A DNA stretch of 64,000 nt from Escherichia phage ECML-134, in sequence record JX128259; one strand, written 5' to 3'. A program made the translations under genes and the position numbers. Below are positions 54,701 to 64,000 of the stretch, piece after piece. The notes beneath the pieces were generated by a model. It saw only the letters and a program-made list of their open reading frames with translations. It ran no database searches and was not told where the DNA came from. The stretch's first letter is position 1, and each line of letters opens with the position of its first letter.

Positions 54701-55641
54701 GGGAATCAGACACAACACGTTCTACCGTATTTGAAGTTAGTGATGAAACGTCTAGTCATTTTTATTCTCAGCGTAATAAAGCTGGAAATATAACATTTAA
54801 TATCAACGGTACAGTAACACCGATAAATGTTAATGCTTCAGGAACATTGAATGCAAATGGCGTAGCAACATTTGGTAATTCAGTCACTGCAACTGGTGAA
54901 ATTATTTCTCGAAGCGCAAATGCTTTCCGTGCTATTAACGGAAATTATGGTTTCATTGTTCGCAATGATGGGTCAGTAACGAATTTTATGCTTACTGCAT
55001 CGGGTGATCAAACCGGCGGATTTAATGGATTGCGTCCTTTAGCTATTAATAATGCATCTGGCCAAGTAACGATTGGTGAAAGCTTAATCATTGCAAAAGG
55101 TGCTACTATAAGTTCAGGCGGTTTAACTGTTAACTCGAGAATTCGTTCTCAAGGTGTTAAAACATCTGATTTATATACCCGTGCGCCAACATCTGATACA
55201 GTAGGATTCTGGTCAATTGATATTAACGATTCAGCCACTTATAATCAATTCCCTGGTTATTTTAAAATGGTTGAAAAAACTAATGAAGTGACTGGACTTC
55301 CATATTTAGAACGCGGTGAAGAAGTTAAATCTCCTGGTACATTGACTCAGTTTGGTAACACGCTTGATTCGCTTTATCAAGATTGGATTACTTATCCAAC
55401 GACTCCAGAAGCACGTACCACTCGCTGGACGCGTACATGGCAGAAAACTAAAAATTCTTGGTCAAGTTTTGTTCAGGTATTCGATGGAGGTAATCCTCCT
55501 CAACCTTCGGATATAGGAGCAATCCCATCTGATAATGGAATAATAGGTAATCTTACTATTCGTGATTTCTTACGAATTGGTAATGTTCGCATTATTCCTG
55601 ACCCAGTGAATAAAACTGTTAAATTTGAATGGGTTGAATAA
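51772..55641 (+). CDS. 34: Long tail fibre proximal subunit gp34
   Basis: 1289 aa, same as T4 gp34; internal ~30-aa repeats. Confidence 0.95.
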   Translation: MAEIKRKFRAEDGLDAGGDKIINVALADRTVGTDGVNVDYLIQENTVQQYDPTRGYLKDFVIIYNNRFWAATDNIPKPAGNFNRIRWKALRTDAVYTTVSSGPYQLKSGEAISVDTSVGNDIEFTLPPSPLDGETVIIQDIGGKPGINQVKINSSNQSIVNFRGEQVRSVLMTHPKSQMVFIFNNRLWQMYIADYSREAAIVTPSTAYQAQSNDFIVRRFTSAAPINVKLPRFANHGDIINFVDLDKLNPLYHTIVTTYDETTSVQEVGTHSIEGRTSIDGFLMFDDNEKLWRLFDGDSKARLRIITTNSNIRPNEEVMVFGANNGTTQTIELQLPTDISVGDTVKISMNYMRKGQTVKIKAAGEDKIASSVQLLQFPKRSEYPPEAEWVTVQELVFNGETNYVPVLQLAYIEDSDGKYWVVQQNVPTVERVDSLNASTRARLGVIALATQAQANADLESSPQKELAITPETLANRTATETRRGIARIATTAQVNQNTTFSFADDLIITPKKLNERTATETRRGVAEIATQQETNTGTDDTTIITPKKLQARQGSESLSGIVTFVSTASATPASSRELNGTNVYNKNTNNLVVSPKALDQYKATPTQQGAVILAVESEVIAGQSQEGWANAVVTPETLHKKTSTDGRIGLIEIATQSEVNTGTDYTRAVTPKTLNDRRATESLSGIAEIATQVEFDAGVDDTRISTPLKIKTRFNSTDRTSVATLSGLVESGTLWDHYTLNILEANETQRGTLRVATQVEAAAGTLDNVLITPKKLLGTKSTEAQEGVIKVATQSETVTGTSANTAVSPKNLKWIVQSEPTWAATTLIRGFVKTSSGSITFVGNDTVGSTQSLESYEKNGYAVSPYELNRVLANYLPLKAKAVDSNLLDGLDSLQFIRRDIAQTVNGSLTLTQQTNLSAPLVSSSTATFGGSVSANSTLTISNTGTATRLIFEKGPQTGTNPAQTMTVRVWGNQFSGESDTTRSTVFEVSDETSSHFYSQRNKAGNITFNINGTVTPINVNASGTLNANGVATFGNSVTATGEIISRSANAFRAINGNYGFIVRNDGSVTNFMLTASGDQTGGFNGLRPLAINNASGQVTIGESLIIAKGATISSGGLTVNSRIRSQGVKTSDLYTRAPTSDTVGFWSIDINDSATYNQFPGYFKMVEKTNEVTGLPYLERGEEVKSPGTLTQFGNTLDSLYQDWITYPTTPEARTTRWTRTWQKTKNSWSSFVQVFDGGNPPQPSDIGAIPSDNGIIGNLTIRDFLRIGNVRIIPDPVNKTVKFEWVE

Positions 55642-55649
55642 GAGGTATT

Positions 55650-56765
55650 ATGGAAAAATTTATGGCAGAGTTTGGACAAGGATATGTCCAAACGCCATTT
55701 TTATCGGAAAGCAATTCAGTAAGATATAAAATAAGCATAGCGGGTTCTTGCCCGCTTTCTACTGCGGGACCATATGTTAAATTTCAGGATAATCCCGTTG
55801 GAAATCAAACATTTAGTGCAGGTCTTCATTTAAGAGTTTTTGACCCTTCTACGGGAGCATTAGTTGATAGTAAGTCATATGCTTTTTCTGCTTCAAACAA
55901 TACAACATCTGCCGCTTTTGTCAGTTTCATGAATTCTTTGTCAAACAATAAACTTGTTGCTATATTAACTAGCGGAAAGGTTAATTTTCCTCCTGAAGTG
56001 GTATCTTGGTTAAGGGAAGCAGGAACTTCAGTTTTTCCATCAGATTCCGTATTGTCAAGATTTGACGTATCATATGCTGCTTTTTACACTTCTTCTAAAA
56101 GAGCTATCGCATTAGAGCATGTTAAACTAAGTAATAGAAAAAGCACAGATGACTATCAAACTATGTTAGATGTTGTATTTGATAGTTTAGAAGACGTTGG
56201 AGCGACAGGATTTCCAAAAAGAACTTATGAAAGCGTTGAACAATTTATGTCTGCGGTTGGAGGAACTAATAATGAAATTGCGCGATTGCCAACTTCAGCT
56301 GCTATAAGTAAACTTTCTGACTACAATTTAATTCCTGGTGATGTTCTTTATCTTAAAGCACAGTTATATGCTGATGCTGATTTACTTGATCTTGGAACTA
56401 CAAACATATCCATTCGTTTTTATGATGCATCAAATGGATATATTTCCTCTACCCAAGCTGAGTTTACTGGGCAAGCTGGGTCTTGGGAATTAAAGGAAGA
56501 TTATGTAGTTGTTCCTGAAAATGCAGTCGGATTTACTATATATGCACAGAGAACTGCTCAAGCTGGTCAAGGCGGAATGAGGAATTTAAGCTTTTCTGAA
56601 GTATCAAGAAATGGCGGCATTTCAAAACCTGCCGAATTTGGCGTCAATGGTATTCGTGTTAATTATATCGGTGAATCCTCTTCACCTCCAGATATAATGG
56701 TACTTCCTACACAGGCATCGTCTAAAACTGGTAAAGTGTTTGGACAGGAATTTAGAGAAGTTTAA
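55650..56765 (+). CDS. 35: Long tail fibre hinge protein gp35
   Basis: 371 aa, T4 position. Confidence 0.9.
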   Translation: MEKFMAEFGQGYVQTPFLSESNSVRYKISIAGSCPLSTAGPYVKFQDNPVGNQTFSAGLHLRVFDPSTGALVDSKSYAFSASNNTTSAAFVSFMNSLSNNKLVAILTSGKVNFPPEVVSWLREAGTSVFPSDSVLSRFDVSYAAFYTSSKRAIALEHVKLSNRKSTDDYQTMLDVVFDSLEDVGATGFPKRTYESVEQFMSAVGGTNNEIARLPTSAAISKLSDYNLIPGDVLYLKAQLYADADLLDLGTTNISIRFYDASNGYISSTQAEFTGQAGSWELKEDYVVVPENAVGFTIYAQRTAQAGQGGMRNLSFSEVSRNGGISKPAEFGVNGIRVNYIGESSSPPDIMVLPTQASSKTGKVFGQEFREV

Positions 56766-56769
56766 ACTG

Positions 56770-56795
56770 AGGGAGCCTTCGGGTTCCTTTTTTCT
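56770..56795 (+). terminator. Terminator hairpin (GGGAGCC-uucg-GGUUCCC plus T-run) after gene 35
   Basis: GC stem with one G-U pair followed by TTTTTTCTTT. Confidence 0.6.
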
Positions 56796-56796
56796 T

Positions 56797-56804
56797 TATA
56801 AATA
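56797..56804 (+). promoter_or_regulatory. Late promoter TATAAATA upstream of gene 36
   Basis: Exact TATAAATA 24 nt upstream of the gene 36 ATG. Confidence 0.6.
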
Positions 56805-56827
56805 ATATTAAAATAAAGGGGCATACA

Positions 56828-57517
56828 ATGGCTGATTTAAAAGTAGGTTCAACTGTGGGTGGATCTGTCATTTGGCATCAAGGAAATTTTCCATTGAATT
56901 CAGCCGGTGACGATGTACTCTACAAATCATTTAAAATATATTCAGAATATAATAAACCGCAGGCAGCTGATAACGATTTCGTTTCTAAAGCTAATGGTGG
57001 CACAAAGTCTAGAGGTTTCCAAAAAGAAGTAGAATTTAAAGAAGGCGTTAAGATTTCTGCGACGTTTTCTGGTGGTTCAGACCTGAATGGGTTATATTCT
57101 GGCAATGGAGATGGAGCTTCCAGAGAAAAAGCTAACATGGATTTACATTCATGGTACGGCATTGGTATTTGGAATACATGCACAGGTGATGGGGTCCAGG
57201 GACGCACAATCTGGTTTAATGCCAGGCGTGGTACAATTGAAACAGTTGGCGATATTGTTTCAGGCCGACAAGTTATTTCTAATGCTTCAGTACCGACCGG
57301 CCCAGCACACTTAACTCGCAAAGATTATGTCGATGGAGCAATAAATACTGTTACGACAAATGCAAACTCTAGAGTGTTACGATCTGGTGACACTATGACA
57401 GGTAATTTAACAGCACCAAACTTTTTCTCGCAGAATCCTGCATCTCAACCCTCACATGTTCCACGATTTGACCAAATCGTGATTAAGGATTCTGTTCAAG
57501 ATTTCGGCTATTATTAA
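56828..57517 (+). CDS. 36: Long tail fibre distal connector gp36
   Basis: 229 aa, T4 position. Confidence 0.9.
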   Translation: MADLKVGSTVGGSVIWHQGNFPLNSAGDDVLYKSFKIYSEYNKPQAADNDFVSKANGGTKSRGFQKEVEFKEGVKISATFSGGSDLNGLYSGNGDGASREKANMDLHSWYGIGIWNTCTGDGVQGRTIWFNARRGTIETVGDIVSGRQVISNASVPTGPAHLTRKDYVDGAINTVTTNANSRVLRSGDTMTGNLTAPNFFSQNPASQPSHVPRFDQIVIKDSVQDFGYY

Positions 57518-57525
57518 GAGGACTT

Positions 57526-60500
57526 ATGGCTACTTTAAAACAAATACAATTTAAAAGAAGCAAAACTGCAGGTCAACTTCCTGCTGCTTCAGTATTAGCC
57601 GAAGGTGAATTGGCTATTAATTTAAAAGATAAAACAATTTTCACAAAAGATGACTCAGGCAATGTTATAGAATTAGGTTTAAAATATGGAGGAACAATTG
57701 ATGGTTCTTTAACTGTTAATGGAAATATAATTGGAAATTTAACAGGTAACGCTGCAACTGCAACGAAATTAAAAACAGCACGAAAAATTAATGGTATATC
57801 CTTTGATGGGTCAAAAGATATCACGCTAACTCCATCTGACATAAATGTCAATAGCACAACGTTTATAAAAAATAACGGCGAATTACCTGTTGACGCTAAT
57901 TTAGATGAATATGGGCCCACTGAAGAGTATCTTGGCGTTTGGTCGAAATCTACTTCAACAAATGCGCAACCGGCAAATAAATTCCCAGAAGAAAATGCCG
58001 TAGGTGTACTAGAAGTATTTGTGGCCGGTCAATTTGCTGGTACTCAGAGATATACTGTAAGATCTGGTAACGTATATGTTCGATCTTTGTCTGCTAAATG
58101 GAACGGTGTTAACGGTCCGTGGGGAGTTTGGCGTAATGTTCAAGCGTCAACTCGTCCACTTTCACAAACGATTGACCTTGATAGCTTGGGAGAATTAGAA
58201 CATTGCGGCTTATGGCGAAATAGTTCAAGTTCTATCGCATCGTTTGACCGTCATTATCCAGAAGAAGGAGCAGCCGCACAAGGATTTTTGGAAATTTTTG
58301 AGGGTGGTTTATACACAAGAACTCAACGTTATACAACTAGATTTGGTGTTGTTTATACTCGCTGTCTTGCTGCTGCATGGGATGCATCTGCGCCTAAATG
58401 GGGACCGTGGCAACAAGTCGGTAATGTCACACCGGCGACTTTCTATGACGGAGACCTGAATGATTTTAAAGCTCCTGGGTTATATAACATTTTAGGCACT
58501 GATGCCGTTATTAACTGTCCTACAGGTGAAGGTTTGCCGACTGTTATTGTTGGTTTGCTGGAAGTTAAACAGCGTGCTTCTGGCGGTGCTATTTTCCAAA
58601 AATTTACTACTGCCGGAACGGCTTCAACTACTCGCGATCGTATTTTTGAGCGTGCATATACTGGTGGTGCGTGGGGTGCATGGAACGAAGTATATACATC
58701 TTATTCTCTGCCAATTACTTTGGGTATGGGTGGTATTAAAGCTCAATTAGCGGAGTTAGATTGGCAAACCTTTGATTTTGTCCCTGGTAGTATGTTTAGT
58801 GTTCCTTTGAACAAAATAAAGAATATGCCAGCAAATATGGATTGGGGCACGATTGATGGAAACCTGGTTATGTTTTCCGTTGGTCCTAGCGAACGCACTA
58901 GCACAGGACGTACTGTTCAGATTTGGCGCGGCACCGTATCCCAGACAAACTACCGTTATTTTGTCGTTCGTGTGTTCGGTAATTCTGGAAATAGAACTTG
59001 CACAGTTCGTCGTGTTGTTCTTGAAGATGGTCGCCACACATGGACAGCTCAACAAGATTTTAATGGCGCAGTTAACTTTAACTCTACTGTTAACCTTAAT
59101 AACACTACCACATTTAAAACAGAAGTTAAATTTCGCTCATTGAATGCATTCCGTATGTATGGCGGAAAATTTGGTACATTTTTACGTAATGATGGAGAGA
59201 GTCTTTATATTCTTTCCACCGACGAAGATGATCAACATGGAAACTTTAATACAAATAGACCTTTCCGTTATGAATTAAGAACTGGTGATGTTACTTTGGG
59301 TGGTGCTAGTGGTGCTAACGTTTTAAAATTAAAACGTGATTCTCTCACCGCATTTTTTGGTGGTGATATTAACATGAAAGGCACGATGACTTTTGACGCC
59401 GGACGTTTAGGATCACGAGATTATTTTAAATTTAACCATTGGGGTGATAGTAATAATGCTCGTGATAACATTATTCAGTTAGAAGATAGCAAAGGCGTTC
59501 ATTTTTCCACTGAACGTACTTTAGCGACTGGTGCAATTAAAACTAGATTCTTTGGCGAAACATTCACTGACGGGACATTATACCTAAATCAGATGAATAA
59601 TAGTTCTGAACGATTCTCTATCAACAATTGGGGAAGTTCAGAAGTTGGTCGCGCGGCAGTATTGGAAGTCGGCGATTCCAAAGGTTATCACTTCTATACG
59701 GAACGTAGAACAGATGACACCGTTTTATTTTCTGTAGCTGGTGCTTTGACCGTGCGTGGACCTAACGGAATAACCATCAAAAACTCAACTGGTGCACGCC
59801 ATATCTGGTTTAGAGATGACAGCGAATCGGAAAAGGCTGTTATTTGGGCGACCGATGAGGGTATTTTACATATTCGCAATAACAACGGTGGACAATTTAG
59901 TCATCACTTCCAGGGCGCAATGATTAAACTGGAAGGGCGTGTTCCTTATGATGCAACAAAGGGGATTATCCGTGGTGAAGTTGATGGTGGTGCATATGTT
60001 GCATGGAGAGACCGCCCTGCTGGTTTGTTGGTTGACTGCCAGAAAAGTATTGACAGTGCTCATGCTGTTTGGAAAGCGGTTGATTGGGGGCGTCAATATA
60101 TCGCTGCTATGGACGTTCACTGTCCGGGTGATGGTAATAATACTGCGACAGCGATTCTTCATGTTCAGGCTGCTGATTATCAATTCCACGCAAGCGGAGA
60201 ATTCGTTACCAGTGGTAACGGAAACTTTAACGATGTGTATATTCGTTCTGACCGTCGTCTGAAAATTAATGTTGAAGATTATACCGGAAATGCGTTAAGT
60301 TTGATTGGTAAGCTGAAAGTGAAAACTTACGATAAAGTTAAATCTCTTAAGGACCGTGAAATTATCGGTCATGAGATTGGCATTATCGCACAGGATTTAC
60401 AAGAAATATTACCGGAAGCGGTGAAATCTTCAAAAGTTGGCAATCTTGATAATCCAGACGATGTTCTGACAATTTCTAACTCGGCAGTGAATGCTCTTTT

Positions 60501-60600
60501 AATTAAGGCTATTCAGGAAATGAGTGAAGAAATTAAAGAATTGAAAACTCCTTTCTTTACTAAAATTGCTCGCAAAATTAGTAAATATTTTAAATTCTAA
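57526..60600 (+). CDS. 37: Long tail fibre distal subunit gp37 with C-terminal intramolecular-chaperone (S74-like) domain
   Basis: 1024 aa; C-terminal ~120 aa ([14 protein letters not shown]...[20 protein letters not shown]...) resembles auto-cleaving tail-fibre chaperone domains. Confidence 0.93.
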   Translation: MATLKQIQFKRSKTAGQLPAASVLAEGELAINLKDKTIFTKDDSGNVIELGLKYGGTIDGSLTVNGNIIGNLTGNAATATKLKTARKINGISFDGSKDITLTPSDINVNSTTFIKNNGELPVDANLDEYGPTEEYLGVWSKSTSTNAQPANKFPEENAVGVLEVFVAGQFAGTQRYTVRSGNVYVRSLSAKWNGVNGPWGVWRNVQASTRPLSQTIDLDSLGELEHCGLWRNSSSSIASFDRHYPEEGAAAQGFLEIFEGGLYTRTQRYTTRFGVVYTRCLAAAWDASAPKWGPWQQVGNVTPATFYDGDLNDFKAPGLYNILGTDAVINCPTGEGLPTVIVGLLEVKQRASGGAIFQKFTTAGTASTTRDRIFERAYTGGAWGAWNEVYTSYSLPITLGMGGIKAQLAELDWQTFDFVPGSMFSVPLNKIKNMPANMDWGTIDGNLVMFSVGPSERTSTGRTVQIWRGTVSQTNYRYFVVRVFGNSGNRTCTVRRVVLEDGRHTWTAQQDFNGAVNFNSTVNLNNTTTFKTEVKFRSLNAFRMYGGKFGTFLRNDGESLYILSTDEDDQHGNFNTNRPFRYELRTGDVTLGGASGANVLKLKRDSLTAFFGGDINMKGTMTFDAGRLGSRDYFKFNHWGDSNNARDNIIQLEDSKGVHFSTERTLATGAIKTRFFGETFTDGTLYLNQMNNSSERFSINNWGSSEVGRAAVLEVGDSKGYHFYTERRTDDTVLFSVAGALTVRGPNGITIKNSTGARHIWFRDDSESEKAVIWATDEGILHIRNNNGGQFSHHFQGAMIKLEGRVPYDATKGIIRGEVDGGAYVAWRDRPAGLLVDCQKSIDSAHAVWKAVDWGRQYIAAMDVHCPGDGNNTATAILHVQAADYQFHASGEFVTSGNGNFNDVYIRSDRRLKINVEDYTGNALSLIGKLKVKTYDKVKSLKDREIIGHEIGIIAQDLQEILPEAVKSSKVGNLDNPDDVLTISNSAVNALLIKAIQEMSEEIKELKTPFFTKIARKISKYFKF

Positions 60601-60606
60601 CAACAA

Positions 60607-60621
60607 GGGGGCAACGCCCCC
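60607..60621 (+). terminator. Hairpin (GGGGGC-aac-GCCCCC) after gene 37
   Basis: Perfect 6-bp G/C stem 7 nt after the gp37 stop; short T-run. Confidence 0.45.
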
Positions 60622-60637
60622 CTTTGGAGTATAAATT

Positions 60638-61438
60638 ATGGCAGTAGTTGGTGTTCCTGGTTGGATTGGAAGTTCAGCCGCAAATGAAACAGGACAAAGA
60701 TGGATGAGTCAAGCGGCTGGACAATTAAGATTGGGTGTTCCTTGCTGGATGAGTCAATTTGCAGGTCGCTCGCGAGAAATTATTCATACTGTAGGAGCAA
60801 ACCACAATTTTAATGGTCAGTGGTTCCGTGATAGATGCTTTGAAGCTGGCGGTGCACCTATTGTATTCAATATTGTTGGTGATATCGTTTCTTATTCTAA
60901 AGATGTACCGCTTTTCTTTATGTATGGTGACACTCCTAACGAATACGTTGTCCTTAATATTCATGGTGGTGTCCATATGTGGGGTCGAGGTGGTAATGGT
61001 GGATACACTCACTCAGGTGGAGATGGTAACGGTACACAAGGCGGTCATGTTATTCAAAATGATATCGGTGGACGGCTTCGTATTTGGAACTACGGTGTTA
61101 TAGCTGCTGGCGGTGGTGGCGGTGGTGGTATTGCATATCGTCCACACTCAGGGGCAAACTGGCAAGATATCGGTGGCGGTGGCGGTCGACCTTTCGGTGG
61201 TGCTGGCGGTGGCGGTTATTCCGGTGGTGCTGCTTCTTATGAAGGTCCGGGTGGTGGTTACAACTATGGTAACGCACACTCCGGCGCGGGTGGTAATGCT
61301 GGCGCTGCTGGTCAGAATGCATGGTCTGATGGCGGTAAAGTTCTTAAAGTTGGTGTTGGTGGTGCTTCTGGTCATGCCGTGTTTGGATCTTCTCCAACGT
61401 GGCAAAACGTTGGAATAATATATGGTCCAAGAGTATAA
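60638..61438 (+). CDS. 38: gp38 receptor-recognising adhesin (T2-type, glycine-rich motifs)
   Basis: 266 aa; several poly-Gly tracts (GGGGGGG, GGGGG, GGAGGGG) separated by short variable segments. Confidence 0.88.
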   Translation: MAVVGVPGWIGSSAANETGQRWMSQAAGQLRLGVPCWMSQFAGRSREIIHTVGANHNFNGQWFRDRCFEAGGAPIVFNIVGDIVSYSKDVPLFFMYGDTPNEYVVLNIHGGVHMWGRGGNGGYTHSGGDGNGTQGGHVIQNDIGGRLRIWNYGVIAAGGGGGGGIAYRPHSGANWQDIGGGGGRPFGGAGGGGYSGGAASYEGPGGGYNYGNAHSGAGGNAGAAGQNAWSDGGKVLKVGVGGASGHAVFGSSPTWQNVGIIYGPRV

Positions 61439-61468
61439 TTTGAATAAATATCCTTAAAAGGAGGGTCT

Positions 61469-62125
61469 ATGGCAGCACCTAGAATATCATTTTCACCCTC
61501 TGATATTCTATTTGGTGTTCTAGATCGCTTGTTCAAAGATAACGCTACCGGGAAAGTTCTTGCTTCCCGAGTAGCTGTCGTAATTCTTTTATTTATGATG
61601 GCGATTGTTTGGTATAGGGGAGATAGTTTCTTTGAGTACTATAAGCAATCAAAGTATGAAACATACCGTGAAATTATTGAAAAGGAAAGAAATGCACGCT
61701 TTGAATCTGTCGCCCTGGAACAACTCCAGATAGTTCATATATCATCTGAGGCAGACTTTAGTGCGGTGTATTCTTTCCGCCCTAAAAACTTAAACTATTT
61801 TGTTGATATTATAGCATATGAAGGAAAATTACCTTCAACAATAAGTGAAAAATCACTTGGAGGATATCCTGTTGATAAAACTATGGATGAATATACAGTT
61901 CATTTAAATGGACGTCATTATTATTCCAATTCAAAATTTGCTTTTTTACCAACTAAAAAGCCTACTCCCGAAATAAACTACATGTACAGTTGTCCATATT
62001 TTAATTTGGATAATATCTATGCTGGAACGATAACCATGTACTGGTATAGAAATGATCATATAAGTAATGACCGCCTTGAATCAATATGTTCTCAGGCGGC
62101 CAGAATATTAGGAAGGGCTAAATAA
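61469..62125 (+). CDS. t: Holin T
   Basis: 218 aa; matches recalled T4 holin; single N-terminal transmembrane segment. Confidence 0.95.
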   Translation: MAAPRISFSPSDILFGVLDRLFKDNATGKVLASRVAVVILLFMMAIVWYRGDSFFEYYKQSKYETYREIIEKERNARFESVALEQLQIVHISSEADFSAVYSFRPKNLNYFVDIIAYEGKLPSTISEKSLGGYPVDKTMDEYTVHLNGRHYYSNSKFAFLPTKKPTPEINYMYSCPYFNLDNIYAGTITMYWYRNDHISNDRLESICSQAARILGRAK

Positions 62126-62398
62126 TTATTTGTTTGTATACATCTCTAGATATCGATATACACCCTCAAAACCCTCGTTGAATTCGTCGATGAGGGTTTT
62201 CTTATCTTCTTGGGTTAATTCAGAAACAATTTTACGGAATGAATTCTGATTTAACTTTCTACCTTCATGCGTTACTCCAATCTCATTCAGAAATGCAATA
62301 AAATTAGCACGATTCTCAACAATATCTTCTCTGGAAAATTTAATCAAAATAGATGCAACAGTAATAATTTCACGAACTGTATCAATGTTTTTATTCAT
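62126..62398 (-). CDS. asiA: AsiA anti-sigma-70 factor
   Basis: 90 aa, matches recalled T4 AsiA (MNKNIDTVREIITVASILIKFSREDIVENRANFIAFLNEIG...). Confidence 0.95.
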   Translation of the reverse strand: MNKNIDTVREIITVASILIKFSREDIVENRANFIAFLNEIGVTHEGRKLNQNSFRKIVSELTQEDKKTLIDEFNEGFEGVYRYLEMYTNK

Positions 62399-62404
62399 TA
62401 ACTA

Positions 62405-62563
62405 TACCACTCAATTAGTTGACTTTGTTATAATATCATCAGACGCTTGATTTGTAAACTGGTCTGTGTTATTTTCTTCAAAAATTTTTTCTACGAATTC
62501 CTTGAACGACTCACGTTCCTGAGCTACATTATGCTCGATTACCTTTTCAAGATTATGACTCAT
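62405..62563 (-). CDS. Small acidic protein between arn and asiA
   Basis: 52-codon ORF (MSHNLEKVIEHNVAQERESF...) whose ATG overlaps the arn stop (ATGA); the asiA early promoter lies inside it. Confidence 0.45.
62426..62459 (-). promoter_or_regulatory. T4-type early promoter for asiA (-35 GTTTAC, -10 TATAAC)
   Basis: On the - strand: GTTTAC, 17-18-nt spacer, TATTATAAC, about 30 nt upstream of the asiA ATG. Confidence 0.55.
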
Positions 62564-62838
62564 TCGAAATAATCTTCAATTTCGTAATCATGGACATAAA
62601 TCATTATAGTTTTTAATACATCATCAATACTTTTTCCTGGAGCTGGAATTACGTAGAAATATCCTGCTTTTGAGAGGTCTTTATAAGTTCCAATTAAGAA
62701 ATCATTATTCTCAAGATGTAGTTCTTCAACTAATTCATTAACAATTGAATAGTATAAATTTGGTAGAAACTTATATAGCTCTTCTAGTATATCAATTTTG
62801 ATTGTGTATTGAACCACAGATTGAGAATCAATAATCAT
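62560..62838 (-). CDS. arn: Arn (anti-restriction nuclease; McrBC inhibitor) candidate
   Basis: 92 aa acidic protein at the T4 arn position next to asiA. Confidence 0.7.
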   Translation of the reverse strand: MIIDSQSVVQYTIKIDILEELYKFLPNLYYSIVNELVEELHLENNDFLIGTYKDLSKAGYFYVIPAPGKSIDDVLKTIMIYVHDYEIEDYFE

Positions 62839-62921
62839 AGACCTTCCCCTTATGTTTCTGTTTGCGATTAAATTCTTTAAACGCTTTCTTCTTATCTTTA
62901 TGGACAGAAGCTTTATTAAAA

Positions 62922-63140
62922 TTATGCTTTGCGACTAAATTGTTCATAGTGCTGAATTACCTCTCTTAAACATTTGCATGTGAATGAAAACTTTTTAGCT
63001 ACACCACATTCAAACATATGTTCTCTTAAATCGCGTGTATCGGTATATCCCATCTCAACAATAAAATGCCGTATTAGATTTTTATCTTTATCATTGAGAG
63101 AATTAAAATAATCGGATTTTGAATTAATTTCCCTGGCCAA
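62922..63140 (-). CDS. Small protein (arn-motA interval)
   Basis: 72 aa ORF. Confidence 0.55.
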   Translation of the reverse strand: MAREINSKSDYFNSLNDKDKNLIRHFIVEMGYTDTRDLREHMFECGVAKKFSFTCKCLREVIQHYEQFSRKA

Positions 63141-63420
63141 ATTGAATCACCTTCAGTTGACGTTTTAATTCTTTTATCATCTCTTCGTTCATCGCAATAT
63201 AAAGATCGCGTAAAGCAGGTTTTAACATTCCATTTACTGGAGAACTAAATGGACATACATAATCTTTTCCTACGAGCTTTTTAGTGAATTCAATATTACG
63301 GAACTGAAATGCCGGCTCATTGGTATAAATTCCCCAATTAGTTGACATCATTTTATTGGCATATTCCAGTGCCTGGATTTGATTCATAATTCCATCAATT
63401 TGAAACTGTTTAATATTCAT
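63124..63420 (-). CDS. Small protein (arn-motA interval)
   Basis: 98 aa ORF. Confidence 0.6.
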   Translation of the reverse strand: MNIKQFQIDGIMNQIQALEYANKMMSTNWGIYTNEPAFQFRNIEFTKKLVGKDYVCPFSSPVNGMLKPALRDLYIAMNEEMIKELKRQLKVIQFGQGN

Positions 63421-63881
63421 TAGTAAAGGTCCTCAGAATAAAGTTCTTTTTCACTACCACCACGTTCAATACGTACTTGTCCAGCGTAAGTTGCAATAAT
63501 CATTGCTTCTTCACGTGTCCAATAATTACTATATTGGTCAATAAACCCTTGGTCATCATCACAAACTTGTTGAGTAACTAATTGAGGTTTAACTACATCT
63601 AAAACTTCTGCCATATCTTTAGAATAATGACGAGCACCTGGAATAATAAGAGTTCGTCCATCTTTTAATTTAAAACGATTAGCTGCACAGACAATTCGTC
63701 GTTGATACTTTTGGTTTTCATCCCAGTACGCAGTCTGCCAACAGATTTCAGGAACTTCTTTCAGAATATCTTCTTCTGTGCATTTATAACCATGCGCTTT
63801 AAATTTTTGAACAAGACTCTCCGGAGTCTCACGAGATAAAGGCACATTCAGCATTTTTAAACGATTAATAAATGGGTTCAT
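63420..63881 (-). CDS. Protein of unknown function (arn-motA interval)
   Basis: 153 aa ORF overlapping the downstream start (ATGA). Confidence 0.65.
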   Translation of the reverse strand: MNPFINRLKMLNVPLSRETPESLVQKFKAHGYKCTEEDILKEVPEICWQTAYWDENQKYQRRIVCAANRFKLKDGRTLIIPGARHYSKDMAEVLDVVKPQLVTQQVCDDDQGFIDQYSNYWTREEAMIIATYAGQVRIERGGSEKELYSEDLY

Positions 63882-64000
63882 TTAAACCATCCTTTAATAC
63901 GCTGCCACAAAGTTTTCTGCTGAGCTTTGTTAACACCAATTGAACGAATAACCGGTTGAGATTCCTGGAATTCTTTATAATCGGCAAGGTAAATTTCGTA

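Noticed and set aside
57573-60262. Multiple 60-115-aa ORFs on both strands within gene 37
   Set aside because: All lie inside the 1024-codon gp37 frame and lack start-site signals; alternate-frame artefacts.
61098-61405. His/Arg-rich and Thr-rich antisense ORFs and a Val-rich + strand alternate-frame ORF over gene 38
   Set aside because: Low-complexity frames created by the GGT/GGC-rich glycine codons of gp38; they are not independent genes.
60638-61438. gp38 glycine-rich tracts as a collagen-like or nucleotide tandem-repeat locus
   Set aside because: The Gly runs are irregular, not a Gly-X-Y triplet periodicity, and fit the T2-type adhesin; they are not an independent repeat element.

Overview
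This window is a contiguous block of a T-even (T4-like, Tequatrovirus) myovirus genome, collinear with my memory of phage T4 from gene 18 (tail sheath, 5'-truncated) to the asiA/arn region. Late structural genes lie on the + strand: 18, 19, 20, 67, 68, 21, 22, 23, 24, then 51, 27, 28, 29, 48, 54, then long tail fibre genes 34-38 and holin t. Early and middle genes lie on the - strand: rnlB, hoc, inh, uvsY, 25, 26, alt, DNA ligase 30, the 30.x small ORFs, rIII, 31, cd, pseT, spanins, alc, rnlA, denA, nrdB, nrdA, intron-containing td, frd, 32, 59, 33, dsbA, rnh, asiA, arn. No rRNA, tRNA or CRISPR array was found. All calls come from reading the sequence and recalling T4 proteins and gene order; no database search was run. 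The points most worth a second look are: (1) a ~115-codon ORF inserted between frd and td; (2) an HNH endonuclease gene inserted between genes 18 and 19; (3) hoc interrupted by a single in-frame TAG; (4) a homing-endonuclease set unlike T4 (segD, segE and the td intron with I-TevI present; nrdB intron, and any gene between nrdA/nrdB or 32/59, absent); (5) a T2-type adhesin module (gp37 with C-terminal chaperone-like domain plus glycine-rich gp38); (6) a YbiA/NADAR-like small early protein. I did not find a multi-gene novel system; the two insertions are the best candidates for undescribed function.
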